Notes: generated by a model from the letters alone, not told the origin. A stretch of DNA of 64,000 bases from Candidatus Moraniibacteriota bacterium (GCA_963743885.1 CAVURJ010000002.1:177706-241705), one strand, 5' to 3'. Counted from the stretch's first letter, positions 17,851 through 27,019 are shown. A program made the numbers and translations.

Positions 17851-17922
17851 GGGCTTATCTTGAAAGGCTCTCCGCGAGGAGGGCCTTTTTCGTATAATTT
17901 GGAAAGTCGGTGTGGAAGAGGT

Positions 17923-18138
17923 ATGATGGCAGCGGAAGCCGTAACGTATACATTTATGTCGGAAAACATCAATTCGTTCGAGAAAATCGTGCCGGCTGAG
18001 CAGCTGCGTGAGCAGGAAATCATTACGCCGATGCCGGAGAAGCGCCCGCATGATCCGGCCATGGTGGAAGATTTGATCAATAGGATCAATGAAGAGGAGC
18101 GGGATGAAGAAGAAAGGATCAAACCGACGCTTCAGTAG
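17923..18138 (+). CDS. small acidic hypothetical protein
   Basis: Start trimmed to MMAAEAV; Glu/Asp-rich C-terminus. Weak call. Confidence 0.3.
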   Translation: MMAAEAVTYTFMSENINSFEKIVPAEQLREQEIITPMPEKRPHDPAMVEDLINRINEEERDEEERIKPTLQ

Positions 18139-18142
18139 ATGT

Positions 18143-18403
18143 ATGTCGAAAAGCTTTTCTGAAAAAGCACTCGCTGTCGCCCGTCGCATCCCACGCGGCG
18201 AGACGATGACGTACGGAGAAGTGGCTCGTCGCGCTGGTAGTCCGCGCGCGGCCAGAGCTGTCGGGTCGCTTATGAAGAAGAATCATGATCCAGCCGTCCC
18301 GTGTCATCGGGTCATCCGAAGTGACGGGAGTCTTGGCGAGTACAACCGCGGCGGCACAGAGGCCAAGCGGCGTCTGCTCCGATCAGAGGGTATCGGATAT
18401 TGA
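18143..18403 (+). CDS. MGMT-family (methylated-DNA-protein-cysteine methyltransferase DNA-binding/active-site domain) protein
   Basis: The PCHRV active-site motif (VPCHRVIRSDGSLGEY) and a preceding HTH (TYGEVARRAGSPRAARAVG) are present. It is a stand-alone C-terminal domain of about 85 aa. Confidence 0.8.
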   Translation: MSKSFSEKALAVARRIPRGETMTYGEVARRAGSPRAARAVGSLMKKNHDPAVPCHRVIRSDGSLGEYNRGGTEAKRRLLRSEGIGY

Positions 18404-18420
18404 ATTTTAATGGGGAATAT

Positions 18421-18897
18421 ATGAAACGTATACGTATACCAGGACAAAAAGCAGCCGCCTTCACGTTGCCGGATCAGGATGGTCAGGAGCATAGCCTGAA
18501 GGAATATCTCGGAAAGTGGGTCGTGCTCTATTTCTATCCGAAGGACGATACGCCCGGCTGTACAGCTGAAGCCTGTAGCTTCCGTGATGGATATGCTGCG
18601 CTCAAGCGTCAGGGCATTGTGGTGCTCGGTGTCTCGGCTGACCCGGTGAAGAAGCACAAGAAATTTGCCGAGAAGTATTCGCTTCCATTTCTGCTCCTTG
18701 CGGATGAGGAGAAGAAAGTCGTGGAGCTCTATGGAGTCTGGAACAAGAAGCGGTTCATGGGTCGCGAGTACATGGGCATCACCCGCACGACATTCCTCAT
18801 TGATCCAGAGGGACGGATCGCCAAAATCTACGAGCAGGTGACGCCGGACAAGCATGCCGACGAGATCCTGGCTGATGTGAAGGCGCTTAAGCAATAG
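18421..18897 (+). CDS. bcp: thioredoxin-dependent peroxiredoxin Bcp
   Basis: YFYPKDDTPGCTAEACSFRD, with the peroxidatic Cys in the PGCT context and the resolving Cys 5 residues later; AhpC/TSA fold length. Confidence 0.88.
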   Translation: MKRIRIPGQKAAAFTLPDQDGQEHSLKEYLGKWVVLYFYPKDDTPGCTAEACSFRDGYAALKRQGIVVLGVSADPVKKHKKFAEKYSLPFLLLADEEKKVVELYGVWNKKRFMGREYMGITRTTFLIDPEGRIAKIYEQVTPDKHADEILADVKALKQ

Positions 18898-18945
18898 CGC
18901 TTGCGTTTCCAGAAAAAAGCGCTAGACTGGAGGCGGTTCTTTCTG

Positions 18946-19329
18946 ATGGAGGCGGGGATCATGGACGCACATCTGACGTTTAAGCTTTGTTGGTGTGGCC
19001 GTCATGGCTATTTTGCCAATTCCAAGACAGGGGAGCGTTTGGCGGGAGACGTGTTTAGCCAGAGTTCCGCTGTCGAGATTGTCCAAATAATTGTCGCTGA
19101 AGACAAATCATTACATCTGAATCTTGATCAGTTCCGTGCATCTCTACGGGAGACGGTATTGCCACCGGAAGAGCTTCCGGGGATGCCCGAGCTATTGGAA
19201 CTGGATAACAAGCTCGATGTTTCGACTGAGATTCTCCCGACGACTGAAGAGGAGATGACCGAGAGCATTCATGAGTTTTTAGACATGTTCTTTCCGGGAT
19301 ATCAGGCGACGCAGCGGGTGTTGCAGTGA
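18946..19329 (+). CDS. hypothetical protein
   Basis: ORF 18901 (TTG) trimmed to the first ATG (MEAGIM). Acidic C-terminus; no domain recognised. Confidence 0.38.
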   Translation: MEAGIMDAHLTFKLCWCGRHGYFANSKTGERLAGDVFSQSSAVEIVQIIVAEDKSLHLNLDQFRASLRETVLPPEELPGMPELLELDNKLDVSTEILPTTEEEMTESIHEFLDMFFPGYQATQRVLQ

Positions 19330-19420
19330 GATTGTTTTCCGTACTAGAGCCTTCATCTGAAGGCTCTTTTCTTTTGGTTTGAAAGGGGGGCGGAAAAAGG
19401 GTAGTATGGATGGGCACACT

Positions 19421-19924
19421 ATGAGAAAGATCATCGTCCGCGACAAGATGCAATCGGGGTATTTATATGTCCTCTCCGAGCCGATGGGAGAGCATTTCGC
19501 GCCGGATTTTCGTCCGGAGCTTAGTCCCAAGGAGATGCTCGCGCTCGGCGTCTTCGGCGGCAAATACATGACGGATTGCCAGGACGAGTTCCCGGCTGAT
19601 TGGTTCGATGGAGCGAAGCTGTCTCCGGAGAAACGGGATGTCTCCCTCAATTATTTCGGTGTCGATGCCAGCCAGCCGCTCTCGGTCTGGCAGGTGAAGG
19701 GCTGGATCCATCCGGATGATCCGCGCGGCTGGTTTCAGTGGTACTGTCGCTACTACATGGGTCGGCGGATGCCGGAAGAAGATGCGCGCCAGATCCGTCG
19801 CTGGAAAATGATTCGCCGCCACCTCGCCCAGATCACGCACAACTGCCGGCCGCGCGACCTCGCGTGCCGGCCGCGCCAGCGCCAAGCGCTTCTCCATTGG
19901 GCGTACGACAGCCGCAAGATATAG
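19421..19924 (+). CDS. Trp/Cys-rich hypothetical protein immediately upstream of the PIF1 helicase
   Basis: Distinctive motifs are present (LALGVFGGKYMTDC, GWIHPDDPRGWFQWYCRYYMGRR), but I cannot place it in a named family. Confidence 0.5.
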   Translation: MRKIIVRDKMQSGYLYVLSEPMGEHFAPDFRPELSPKEMLALGVFGGKYMTDCQDEFPADWFDGAKLSPEKRDVSLNYFGVDASQPLSVWQVKGWIHPDDPRGWFQWYCRYYMGRRMPEEDARQIRRWKMIRRHLAQITHNCRPRDLACRPRQRQALLHWAYDSRKI

Positions 19925-19940
19925 ATTTTTTTGATCACGT

Positions 19941-21545
19941 ATGACCCAGGACCAGGCGCTTTCCATACTCAAGACCGGCGCGAGCGTCTTTCTGACGGGC
20001 GAGGCTGGTTCGGGCAAGACGCATACTATCAACCGGTATACCGAATACCTGCGCGAGCACGAGATTGACTATGCGGTGACGGCATCGACCGGCATCGCAG
20101 CGACGCATATCCGCGGCATGACCATCCACTCATGGAGCGGCATCGGTATCCAGTCGGATCTGAGTGATGACGACCTCAAGCATATCGCTGAGAACCGCTA
20201 TGTCGGGAAGCGTATCAAACAGGCTAAGGTGCTCATCATCGACGAAGTCTCGATGCTCGACGGCCGGCTGCTCGCACTTGTCGAGCGGATCTGCCGCCTC
20301 GTGCGCAAGCTGCGGCTGCCGTTCGGCGGGCTGCAGGTCATATTGGTCGGCGATTTCTTCCAGCTGCCGCCAGTGACGGCCAAGGAGCGGACTATGGAGT
20401 TTGCCTTCGATGCGGAGATCTGGCAGGTGCTTCAGCCGACCGTCTGCTATCTCTCCGAGCAGCATCGCCAGGAGGACAGCCGGTTCCTCGGTATCCTTTC
20501 CGCCATCCGCCGCGGTACATTCGATGAGATGCACTTCGAGAGTCTGAGCGAGCGCATCATCACGCCGGCGGAACTGCCGGACGATATGACGCGCCTGTAT
20601 TCGCACAATGCGAACGTCGACACACTCAACGCTGCCGAGCTCAAACGCTTGCCTGGCAAGACCTGTGCCTATGCCATGGCGGTGCGTGGTCCGGCAGCGC
20701 TCACTGATGCACTCATCCGCGGCTGCCTGTCGCCGGAGCGGCTCGAGCTCAAGGAGGGGGCGGCGGTTATGTTTACCAAGAACAATCTGAGTGGCGGATT
20801 TGCCAATGGTACGCTTGGCACGGTGATCGGCTTTGATAGCACGACCAAGTATCCGCTCGTCGAGACGCGCGAAGGCCGGCGCATTCTGGTGGAACCGATG
20901 GAATGGGTGATCGCCGAAGGGGATGAGATCCTTGCCAAGGTCACGCAGCTGCCACTCCGCCTTGCCTGGGCGATGACCATCCACAAGAGCCAGGGCGTGA
21001 GCCTCGATGCGGCCGTCATGGACCTCTCGCAGGTCTTCGAGTACGGCCAGGGATACGTGGCGCTCTCGCGGGTACGCACGCTCTCGGGCGTGCATCTGCT
21101 CGGCGTCAACGCGCGCGCCTTCGAGGTGCACCCTATGGTGCTGGAGCAGGATGCGTGGTTCCGCGAGGCATCGCTCCGCGCGGAGGAGGATCTGCTCGAG
21201 CGCTCGGAATCATCACTTCGTGAGCAGGAAGAAAATTTCATCCGCATGTGCGGTGGCCGACAACGCGGACCCAAGCGGACTTCGCGCGGACCCATACAGA
21301 AAAAAGAAAAGAAAGTGAAGGCTGCCAAGAAGCCCGTGAAGCAGACCGCTGCCGAGAAGAAGGAGAGTGCTCTCGAGAAGATCCGCGCCGAGCATATGAA
21401 CGCGTACCGCTCCTGGACCGATGAGGAGGAGAAGAAGCTACGGCAGCTTTTTGCTCTCGGCAAGAAACCGAAGGATATAGCGGAGAAGCTCGGCCGGCAG
21501 CCTGGCGGTGTCCGCTCGCGCCTCAAGAAGCTCGGGCTCCTGTAA
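19941..21545 (+). CDS. PIF1/RecD-like (SF1B) DNA helicase with C-terminal basic HTH-like tail
   Basis: Walker A GEAGSGKTHT, LIIDEVSML, VGDFFQLPPV and the Pif1-type C-terminal domain (TIHKSQG, VALSRV) are present. The C-terminal 70 aa are Lys-rich with the HTH-like segment KKPKDIAEKLGRQPGGVRSRLKKLGL. Confidence 0.85.
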   Translation: MTQDQALSILKTGASVFLTGEAGSGKTHTINRYTEYLREHEIDYAVTASTGIAATHIRGMTIHSWSGIGIQSDLSDDDLKHIAENRYVGKRIKQAKVLIIDEVSMLDGRLLALVERICRLVRKLRLPFGGLQVILVGDFFQLPPVTAKERTMEFAFDAEIWQVLQPTVCYLSEQHRQEDSRFLGILSAIRRGTFDEMHFESLSERIITPAELPDDMTRLYSHNANVDTLNAAELKRLPGKTCAYAMAVRGPAALTDALIRGCLSPERLELKEGAAVMFTKNNLSGGFANGTLGTVIGFDSTTKYPLVETREGRRILVEPMEWVIAEGDEILAKVTQLPLRLAWAMTIHKSQGVSLDAAVMDLSQVFEYGQGYVALSRVRTLSGVHLLGVNARAFEVHPMVLEQDAWFREASLRAEEDLLERSESSLREQEENFIRMCGGRQRGPKRTSRGPIQKKEKKVKAAKKPVKQTAAEKKESALEKIRAEHMNAYRSWTDEEEKKLRQLFALGKKPKDIAEKLGRQPGGVRSRLKKLGLL

Positions 21546-21596
21546 GCGTATATGATAAGATAGATACGCACCGTATCCGATAAGAGGGAAACCACT

Positions 21597-22016
21597 ATGC
21601 ATTACAAGACCATCAAACCAAGCGTATCCGTGCTCGACCAGGAGTGGAAGGCGCCGGAGCACAAGAGCTCTACGTTCAAATTTCTTTCGCGCTGGTTCCC
21701 GAGCCTCATCAATATCTGCTTGCATTGGTATTGGTATCTCACCGATCGTGAGTACCGTTTCGTCATCGACCTGGACCGGCTCTTCCGCGGGCGCACCGAG
21801 CGCATCGACCTCTTGCCCGAGCCGTCCGGTGAGCGCGGTTTTGTGCTCTCGATCGATCGGACGAAGGCGCTCTATTTCGTCCAGGACGGGGATAGCTTTT
21901 TTTACGAGGGCTGGAGCCTGAGCGGGCATGACGAGCTCTACGAAGAGGGTACACCCGTTGTCTCTGACGCACTCCGCGATTTCTATGATGCCAAAGAAAC
22001 AGAGGACGGCGCGTGA
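21597..22016 (+). CDS. hypothetical protein
   Basis: 139 aa, Trp-rich (HWYWYLTDREYRF), no recognised domain. Confidence 0.45.
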   Translation: MHYKTIKPSVSVLDQEWKAPEHKSSTFKFLSRWFPSLINICLHWYWYLTDREYRFVIDLDRLFRGRTERIDLLPEPSGERGFVLSIDRTKALYFVQDGDSFFYEGWSLSGHDELYEEGTPVVSDALRDFYDAKETEDGA

Positions 22017-22185
22017 TTCTTTCTGGTGGTATAATCGGAATAGGGCAAACGAGATGGCGGAAGGATGGTGTAGCGGTAAGAATGATTGGAGGATATCGTT
22101 GTAATGGATGCTGACGTCTTTTTGTTCGGATTCACTGTTTGACGATTCTCGCGCCGCAGCTTCCTTATACGTTATAGGATCTTTT

Positions 22186-22740
22186 ATGGAAAATAGTTCA
22201 CAAGGAAATCAGGGAGATATCCAGGATCATCCATCGCTTCGTACGGCGCGTGATGATGCTATGGAACGTGAACTTCTGGATCTCGCCGATAGTTGCCATT
22301 GCACTGCTGACCACTTACGGGATGCATATGAGCGTTTATGCGGCATGTCCGAGAGTCTCTATTCTGATGTGATCGTCGAGCGAATCCGGTCCAAGATGCA
22401 GGAAATGGTGAATAAGGGTTTCCCGATGTGTCGGCTTGGCGAGCTTGCTGGGACGCGTCAGACTTTCGTGAATGCTATTTTGGGATATAGGCGCTTCATC
22501 GATGACCTGAAGATCAGCGATGAAGAGAAGGGTATGCTCTGTACGGCGGTCAGAGGAGTCCGTAATGGCATCATTGAGTGCCGTGTCGATAACAGGATGG
22601 TCGGTCGCGTCGAGGTCAGTAAGCAGGGAGGCGCTGGCACTGAAGAGCGTCTCGCGCGCGAAGTAACCGATATGATCAAATGTACCATCAAAGCTGTCGG
22701 ATCGGATGAGAAGTATGAGTTCTGGTTTCGGGAGCGGTAG
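22186..22740 (+). CDS. hypothetical protein
   Basis: ORF 22108 trimmed to MENSSQ. A tggtataat -10 lies at 22027-22035. No domain recognised. Confidence 0.42.
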   Translation: MENSSQGNQGDIQDHPSLRTARDDAMERELLDLADSCHCTADHLRDAYERLCGMSESLYSDVIVERIRSKMQEMVNKGFPMCRLGELAGTRQTFVNAILGYRRFIDDLKISDEEKGMLCTAVRGVRNGIIECRVDNRMVGRVEVSKQGGAGTEERLAREVTDMIKCTIKAVGSDEKYEFWFRER

Positions 22741-22887
22741 TAGCTGAACGGAGTGCAGGCTCGCTTCGGCAGAGTTTCAGCGAGGCGAGTAAAATCGGGT
22801 CGAATACCCCGCGGCTTGCTCGCCTCGATTCGAGTCGAAGCTGGCCCGCCTAAGACCGGAACTTACTCCGGGGCGAATGCCATTTAT

Positions 22888-23376
22888 ATGGATGTAGCTA
22901 TCATTATCTTCGTCATCGTTTGCCTAGTGATCGGCCTCATCGGCACGATTTTACCGGTTGTGCCCGGCGTCGGGCTCATCTTTCTCGGTATCTTCGCGTA
23001 TGCCTGGCATTTCGGTTTTGCGGAGTTCGGTCTCGGTACGCTTATCGCACTCGGCATCGCTGCGGTACTCTCGCTCCTCTTCGACTATCTCGGGAGCGCC
23101 TATGGCGCCAAGCGTTACGGTTCGACCGGCTGGGGTGTCGTGGGCTCTATCGTTGGCGGCATGGTCGGCATGGTCGTCTTCGTTATCCCCGGACTTATTC
23201 TTGGTATCTTTCTTGGTGCGGCGTTTGCTGAAGCGATCTTCGCCGGTAAAAGCGCCGAACACTCGTTCCGTATCGGTCTCGGCTCTGTCGCCGGATTTCT
23301 TGGCGGGACCATCCTCAAATTTCTCCTTGGCGTTATCATGATCGGCATTTTTCTCGTGAAGGTGCTGTTCTCGTAA
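22888..23376 (+). CDS. DUF456-family small membrane protein
   Basis: Start at MDVAIIIF. Four Gly-rich TM helices with the YGAKRYGSTGWG motif typical of DUF456. The antisense ORF 22951..23460 is rejected. Confidence 0.65.
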   Translation: MDVAIIIFVIVCLVIGLIGTILPVVPGVGLIFLGIFAYAWHFGFAEFGLGTLIALGIAAVLSLLFDYLGSAYGAKRYGSTGWGVVGSIVGGMVGMVVFVIPGLILGIFLGAAFAEAIFAGKSAEHSFRIGLGSVAGFLGGTILKFLLGVIMIGIFLVKVLFS

Positions 23377-23480
23377 TCGTTCCTTATGAATATTGACATC
23401 TCTCACTTTTTGCGCTACTATGAAAGTCATGTTTTGTAGTGTTTTTTTGTCCCTTACCAATCGAAGAAAGGAAGAACAGC

Positions 23481-24023
23481 ATGAACACGTTTTTCGATAT
23501 ACCGCGTGATTTCGGCCCGATTATCATGGTCGGGATTGGTTTCGTTCTTCTTGTTGGTGTGCCCATCATCGAATGGATGCTTCGGCCGATCACGCGAAGG
23601 ATCAAGGAATACCGCCGGCGCAGCAAGGTGCGGCGAGAAGTCAGCGGAATAGTTGTAGTGCTTGATTTCGAAGTCATATGTGTCGACCGGCAGGTCGTGC
23701 ATCTCTCTGGAGTGCCGCTTTCTGACCGGTTCATTGCCGAGGCCAATCGTTATCTTCACGATATAGAGAATGAGAGGCGGGCGATCAATTCCGTGAGAGC
23801 CGAGGCTCTGAGGTTCTTCTCTGATGATCCGGACCGGGCGCTGCTTGCGGTCGGCGCATACGAGGACTGTGTCGAGCGATTGCAGGACGACTGCGCTAGC
23901 TTGGGGTTCATCTATGATGCTGATGCGGACGCTTTGCTGTATCAGGATGAGCCTGCTCCGAGCGAGGAGACGGATGATCCGACGGCGGATTTTCGCCCAT
24001 CGCTCCGTCTGGTTTCGATGTAA
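23481..24023 (+). CDS. membrane-anchored hypothetical protein
   Basis: Start at MNTFFD. One TM helix, then an acidic C-terminus. A terminator-like hairpin plus T-run lies at 24070-24105. Confidence 0.42.
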   Translation: MNTFFDIPRDFGPIIMVGIGFVLLVGVPIIEWMLRPITRRIKEYRRRSKVRREVSGIVVVLDFEVICVDRQVVHLSGVPLSDRFIAEANRYLHDIENERRAINSVRAEALRFFSDDPDRALLAVGAYEDCVERLQDDCASLGFIYDADADALLYQDEPAPSEETDDPTADFRPSLRLVSM

Positions 24024-24069
24024 TCGTTGGTCGATCAACGCCCTTAGGGGTAAATACCTACCACCTCAA

Positions 24070-24105
24070 GCCCTCTTGTGCCGCGCGCAAGGGGGCGATT
24101 TTTTA
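24070..24105 (+). terminator. rho-independent terminator after 23481..24023
   Basis: gccctcttgtgccgcgcgcaagggggc, then gattttttat. Confidence 0.6.
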
Positions 24106-24340
24106 TCAACAAAAACCACCGGCTTTAGCCGGTGTGTGCGTTTAAAGCGTAGCAAGTTTTCCACTCAACCTTAAAAAAATCGCCTCTTCATTCTTTCGTT
24201 CCCTTCCGCTCAATTTCCAATACTTCACTCCCCAAGAGACCATGTTTTCAAATAAGGCTTTTTCCGCCGGCTTTGCCGGCAGGATAGAAACTACCAGCGA
24301 GAGCTGGTAGTTTTCATTTTGGTTGTATTCCGAGGGTTTA

Positions 24341-24379
24341 CCCTATGAAATTCCGCCATGTGCGGACAATTTCATAGGG
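24341..24379 (+). ncRNA. REP-like hairpin element, copy B (shorter variant)
   Basis: ccctatgaaattccgccatgtgcggacaatttcataggg: the same outer stem and first inner hairpin; the second inner hairpin is missing. It sits immediately upstream of the -10 tgtataat. Confidence 0.5.
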
Positions 24380-24419
24380 TGTATAATTTGGGTATTCGTG
24401 ATTTTTATTTTTCAGAGAA

Positions 24420-24704
24420 ATGAAAAAGAGAGACAAGCGAGAGCTAAATAGAGGATTTGGGCTGACTGTTCTTGGTGCTTTGCTTGGTTTTTTTGTAAGC
24501 CTAACCGCATCGGGAGTATTTGAAGGATTGATACATGGTTGGTCTGTTAAGGTTATTTTTGTTGTCGTTGGGTTTGGCTTTGTTTCGGTTTTCTTTGTTT
24601 CATTATTTTCACACCTTATTGATAATATCGATCGAGTAGGAAGTATGTCCGAAAAGGAATTTTTCGAAGACTATCTTCAATCTATTTTTCATTTGAAGAA
24701 ATGA
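24420..24704 (+). CDS. small two-TM membrane protein (AT-rich gene)
   Basis: 94 aa with two hydrophobic helices. Markedly lower GC than its neighbours. Overlaps the next gene by ATGA. Confidence 0.45.
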   Translation: MKKRDKRELNRGFGLTVLGALLGFFVSLTASGVFEGLIHGWSVKVIFVVVGFGFVSVFFVSLFSHLIDNIDRVGSMSEKEFFEDYLQSIFHLKK

Positions 24705-25369
24705 TTACGAACAGCATGAAAAGAGTGGCGGTGCTTATCATCTCGGGAGGGGTGTTCATAGCGGCGACGGCGTGGCTGTTTTCGCATGCGTCGGTGCAGT
24801 GGAAAGCGCTAGATCTCTGGGAAGTGGTGACTGGCCACTATATCATCGAGCACGATACGCTCAGCGGTACAGATAGGTATGTCGGCGTGAGCCGTGACCG
24901 TATGGATCGGGTAGCGTTGATCAATACGGAGACGAAGGAGAAGATGCGGGAAATTGCAGTGCAGCACAAGGCAAAAGAGGAGGCGGAGAAGGAACGGGCG
25001 GAGGCCACGGAAGCGATGCGCGTGGATAGCGCATGGACGTTGCTTAGGGGGGATCCGGGCGATAGCTGTTCCGGTCCGACATACACTGGTGAAGTCGCGG
25101 TACATGGATGGTATATGTTGGAGTATCCTTACGGCAATAAGACATGGGCGTTCAAGCTTGCCCCAGAGGATCGGAAGAAGATATTCGTTGCAGAATATGA
25201 TTATTCTTTTAGGATTGCGGATGCATCGGCCGCACTCAAGCAACGGTTGCATCAGGCATCGGAGAAACATCCGGCCGAACTGACAATTCGCGGGATGATG
25301 TATTATTGTGAAGGGATGCCGATCGTAAGCATCGACGCGCCCGGCCCGAAAGGCATCATATTCAAATGA
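24701..25369 (+). CDS. membrane-anchored hypothetical protein
   Basis: N-terminal TM helix, charged coiled segment, Cys-containing C-terminus. Co-oriented and translationally coupled with 24420..24704. Confidence 0.5.
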   Translation: MITNSMKRVAVLIISGGVFIAATAWLFSHASVQWKALDLWEVVTGHYIIEHDTLSGTDRYVGVSRDRMDRVALINTETKEKMREIAVQHKAKEEAEKERAEATEAMRVDSAWTLLRGDPGDSCSGPTYTGEVAVHGWYMLEYPYGNKTWAFKLAPEDRKKIFVAEYDYSFRIADASAALKQRLHQASEKHPAELTIRGMMYYCEGMPIVSIDAPGPKGIIFK

Positions 25370-25373
25370 TCAT

Positions 25374-25736
25374 ATGAAAGTCTGCAAGACCGTCGGGGAA
25401 TATGAGAAGAGCCTGCCTGAGGAAGCGCTCGCGGAATTCGTCGCGCTATGGGGCGTGATCCGTGAGATGGTGCCGGAGGGCGAGGAGGCGATCCGCTATG
25501 GCGTGCCGACGATCCGGATCAATGGGAGGAATCTGGTCCATCTGGCCGCCGCGAAAAACCATCTCGGATTCTATCCGGCCCCTTCGGGCGTGAAGGCGTT
25601 CGAGAAGGAAATCCGGGGGAAGTATGCATACAGCAAAGGCACGATCCAATTCCTGCTCGGCAAGAAGCCGCCGCTCGGTCTGGTCCGTCGCATCGTCCGC
25701 TTCCGCCTCGCCGAGGAGCGCGCGAGGAAGAAATGA
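25374..25736 (+). CDS. DUF1801 (YdhG-like) domain protein
   Basis: GVPTIRINGRNLVHLAAAKNHLGFYP ... GKYAYSKGTIQF matches DUF1801. Confidence 0.72.
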   Translation: MKVCKTVGEYEKSLPEEALAEFVALWGVIREMVPEGEEAIRYGVPTIRINGRNLVHLAAAKNHLGFYPAPSGVKAFEKEIRGKYAYSKGTIQFLLGKKPPLGLVRRIVRFRLAEERARKK

Positions 25737-25750
25737 TTGCATCCCAATCC

Positions 25751-25785
25751 TCTTCCTTCTTCTTCTTCTTCTTCTTCTTCTCTTT
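25751..25785. repeat. (CTT)n microsatellite, about 8-10 units
   Basis: tcttccttcttcttcttcttcttcttcttctc is intergenic, 15 bp after the DUF1801 gene stop. Confidence 0.9.
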
Positions 25786-25831
25786 CGCTCCCTCATCCCT
25801 TCACGCCTTCCTTTCCGCATTTCTTTTGATA

Positions 25832-25865
25832 GTGTCATAATTCCGCGGCCGCGGAATTATGACAC
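25832..25865. repeat. 34-bp perfect palindrome P1 (gtgtcataattccgcggccgcggaattatgacac)
   Basis: A perfect inverted repeat with the sequence gcggccgc at its centre. An identical copy lies at 26617. Confidence 0.85.
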
Positions 25866-25989
25866 GGCGCTAAGAAACGATACACGCTATTTTCTATGAT
25901 GGAATATGAGGGTAAGATAGAGGTAAGATGGAGATAAGACGGGTATAGGGAGAGGTAAGAATGTGGGTGGATAGGATAAGCAGAAGCAT

Positions 25990-26625
25990 ATGTATAAATT
26001 CGGCCCGGTACAACAGAAGATCCTTCTTTTGTTAGTCGGAGGTATCGCGCTTGGATTGGAGACGTCATCAATTCGGTACTATCGGAAGCTGGGGATGCTG
26101 ATGAAGGACCTGAAGGAGATCGATGCTCGCAATTTGCGTCGCTCGATGGGACGTTTGTGTCTGCAGAAGCTTGTGGAGGAAGTGTACCTTCCCGACGGTT
26201 CGTTCAAGCTGGTCTTGACGGAGGCGGGGAAACGGCAGGCGCGTATCCAGCTTCTTTTCGGTAAATCAATCCGTTTCCGGAATCCGAAGCGTTGGGATAA
26301 GAAGTGGCGCATCGTTATGTTCGATATCCCAGAAAAGGAGAAGAAGTTCCGCGATATCTTACGCGAACACCTGCGCGAATTGAGATTTTATAAGCTGCAG
26401 CATAGTGTCTTCGTGTCCCCGTATCCGTGCGAGAAGCCGCTGTTGGAGTTGGCGGCCCTCTATAAGGCGGGGCCGTATGTAAGGGTAGTGACGGCCGAGC
26501 GGATAGATAACGAAGAGAAGCTCAAGGACCATTTCTTCCGTTCGAAGCCTGTGAAATCGAAAAAATCTTTGAAATCCGCGAAGCTTTCAAAAAGAAAAAA
26601 CAGTTCAAAAAATTCCGTGTCATAA
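25990..26625 (+). CDS. PaaX-like transcriptional regulator (N-terminal wHTH plus Cas2-like-fold C-terminal domain)
   Basis: WRIVMFDIPEKEKKFRDILREHLRELRFYKLQHSVFVSP is the Cas2-like fold of the PaaX C-terminal domain. Its stop codon lies inside a 34-bp perfect palindrome. Lys/Ser-rich tail. Confidence 0.5.
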   Translation: MYKFGPVQQKILLLLVGGIALGLETSSIRYYRKLGMLMKDLKEIDARNLRRSMGRLCLQKLVEEVYLPDGSFKLVLTEAGKRQARIQLLFGKSIRFRNPKRWDKKWRIVMFDIPEKEKKFRDILREHLRELRFYKLQHSVFVSPYPCEKPLLELAALYKAGPYVRVVTAERIDNEEKLKDHFFRSKPVKSKKSLKSAKLSKRKNSSKNSVS

Positions 26626-26650
26626 TTCCGCGGCCGCGGAATTATGACAC
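26617..26650. repeat. 34-bp perfect palindrome P2 (identical to P1)
   Basis: It contains the stop codon of the PaaX-like gene (…aattccgtgtcaTAA…). A T-rich run follows. Confidence 0.85.
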
Positions 26651-26696
26651 GTGTTTTCTATAATGAAATATCGTTTTATCCTTAACAGGAACGGGT

Positions 26697-26972
26697 ATGA
26701 AAAAAGTATACAGACAGTGCCAGTCATGCGGGATGCCACTGAAACGGGACCAAAATGGTGGCGGGACGGAGCTGGATGGTTCGTGTAGCACTATGTATTG
26801 TAGCTCTTGCTATCGTGACGGCGCTTTCGTCCGGCCGGAGATGACTCTTGAGGAGATGCAGCAGCAGGTCGATGATGTTCTGAAGAATGAGATGGGGTGG
26901 TGGAAACCGTTTCGTTGTCTGGCTGTGCGCCAGATCCCGCGTCTCGCCCGTTGGTCACAAAACGAGCGGTGA
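26697..26972 (+). CDS. zinc-ribbon domain protein
   Basis: CQSCGMPL ... CSTMYCSSCYRDGAF: two CxxC pairs in a zinc-ribbon arrangement. Confidence 0.6.
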   Translation: MKKVYRQCQSCGMPLKRDQNGGGTELDGSCSTMYCSSCYRDGAFVRPEMTLEEMQQQVDDVLKNEMGWWKPFRCLAVRQIPRLARWSQNER

Positions 26973-26985
26973 TTGATTTCAAATT

Positions 26986-27019
26986 GTAACATAATTCCAC
27001 GGTCGTGGAATTATGTTAC
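26986..27019. terminator. palindrome P3 (variant of P1/P2) plus T-run: likely bidirectional terminator
   Basis: gtaacataattccacggtcgtggaattatgttac followed by tttttgttttg. It lies between the convergent genes 26697..26972 (+) and 27095..27901 (-). Confidence 0.6.

Noticed and set aside
25446-25838. ORFs encoding poly-Arg (KRRRRRRRRK) or poly-Leu across the (CTT)n tract
   Set aside because: They are translations of the trinucleotide microsatellite in intergenic DNA, not genes.
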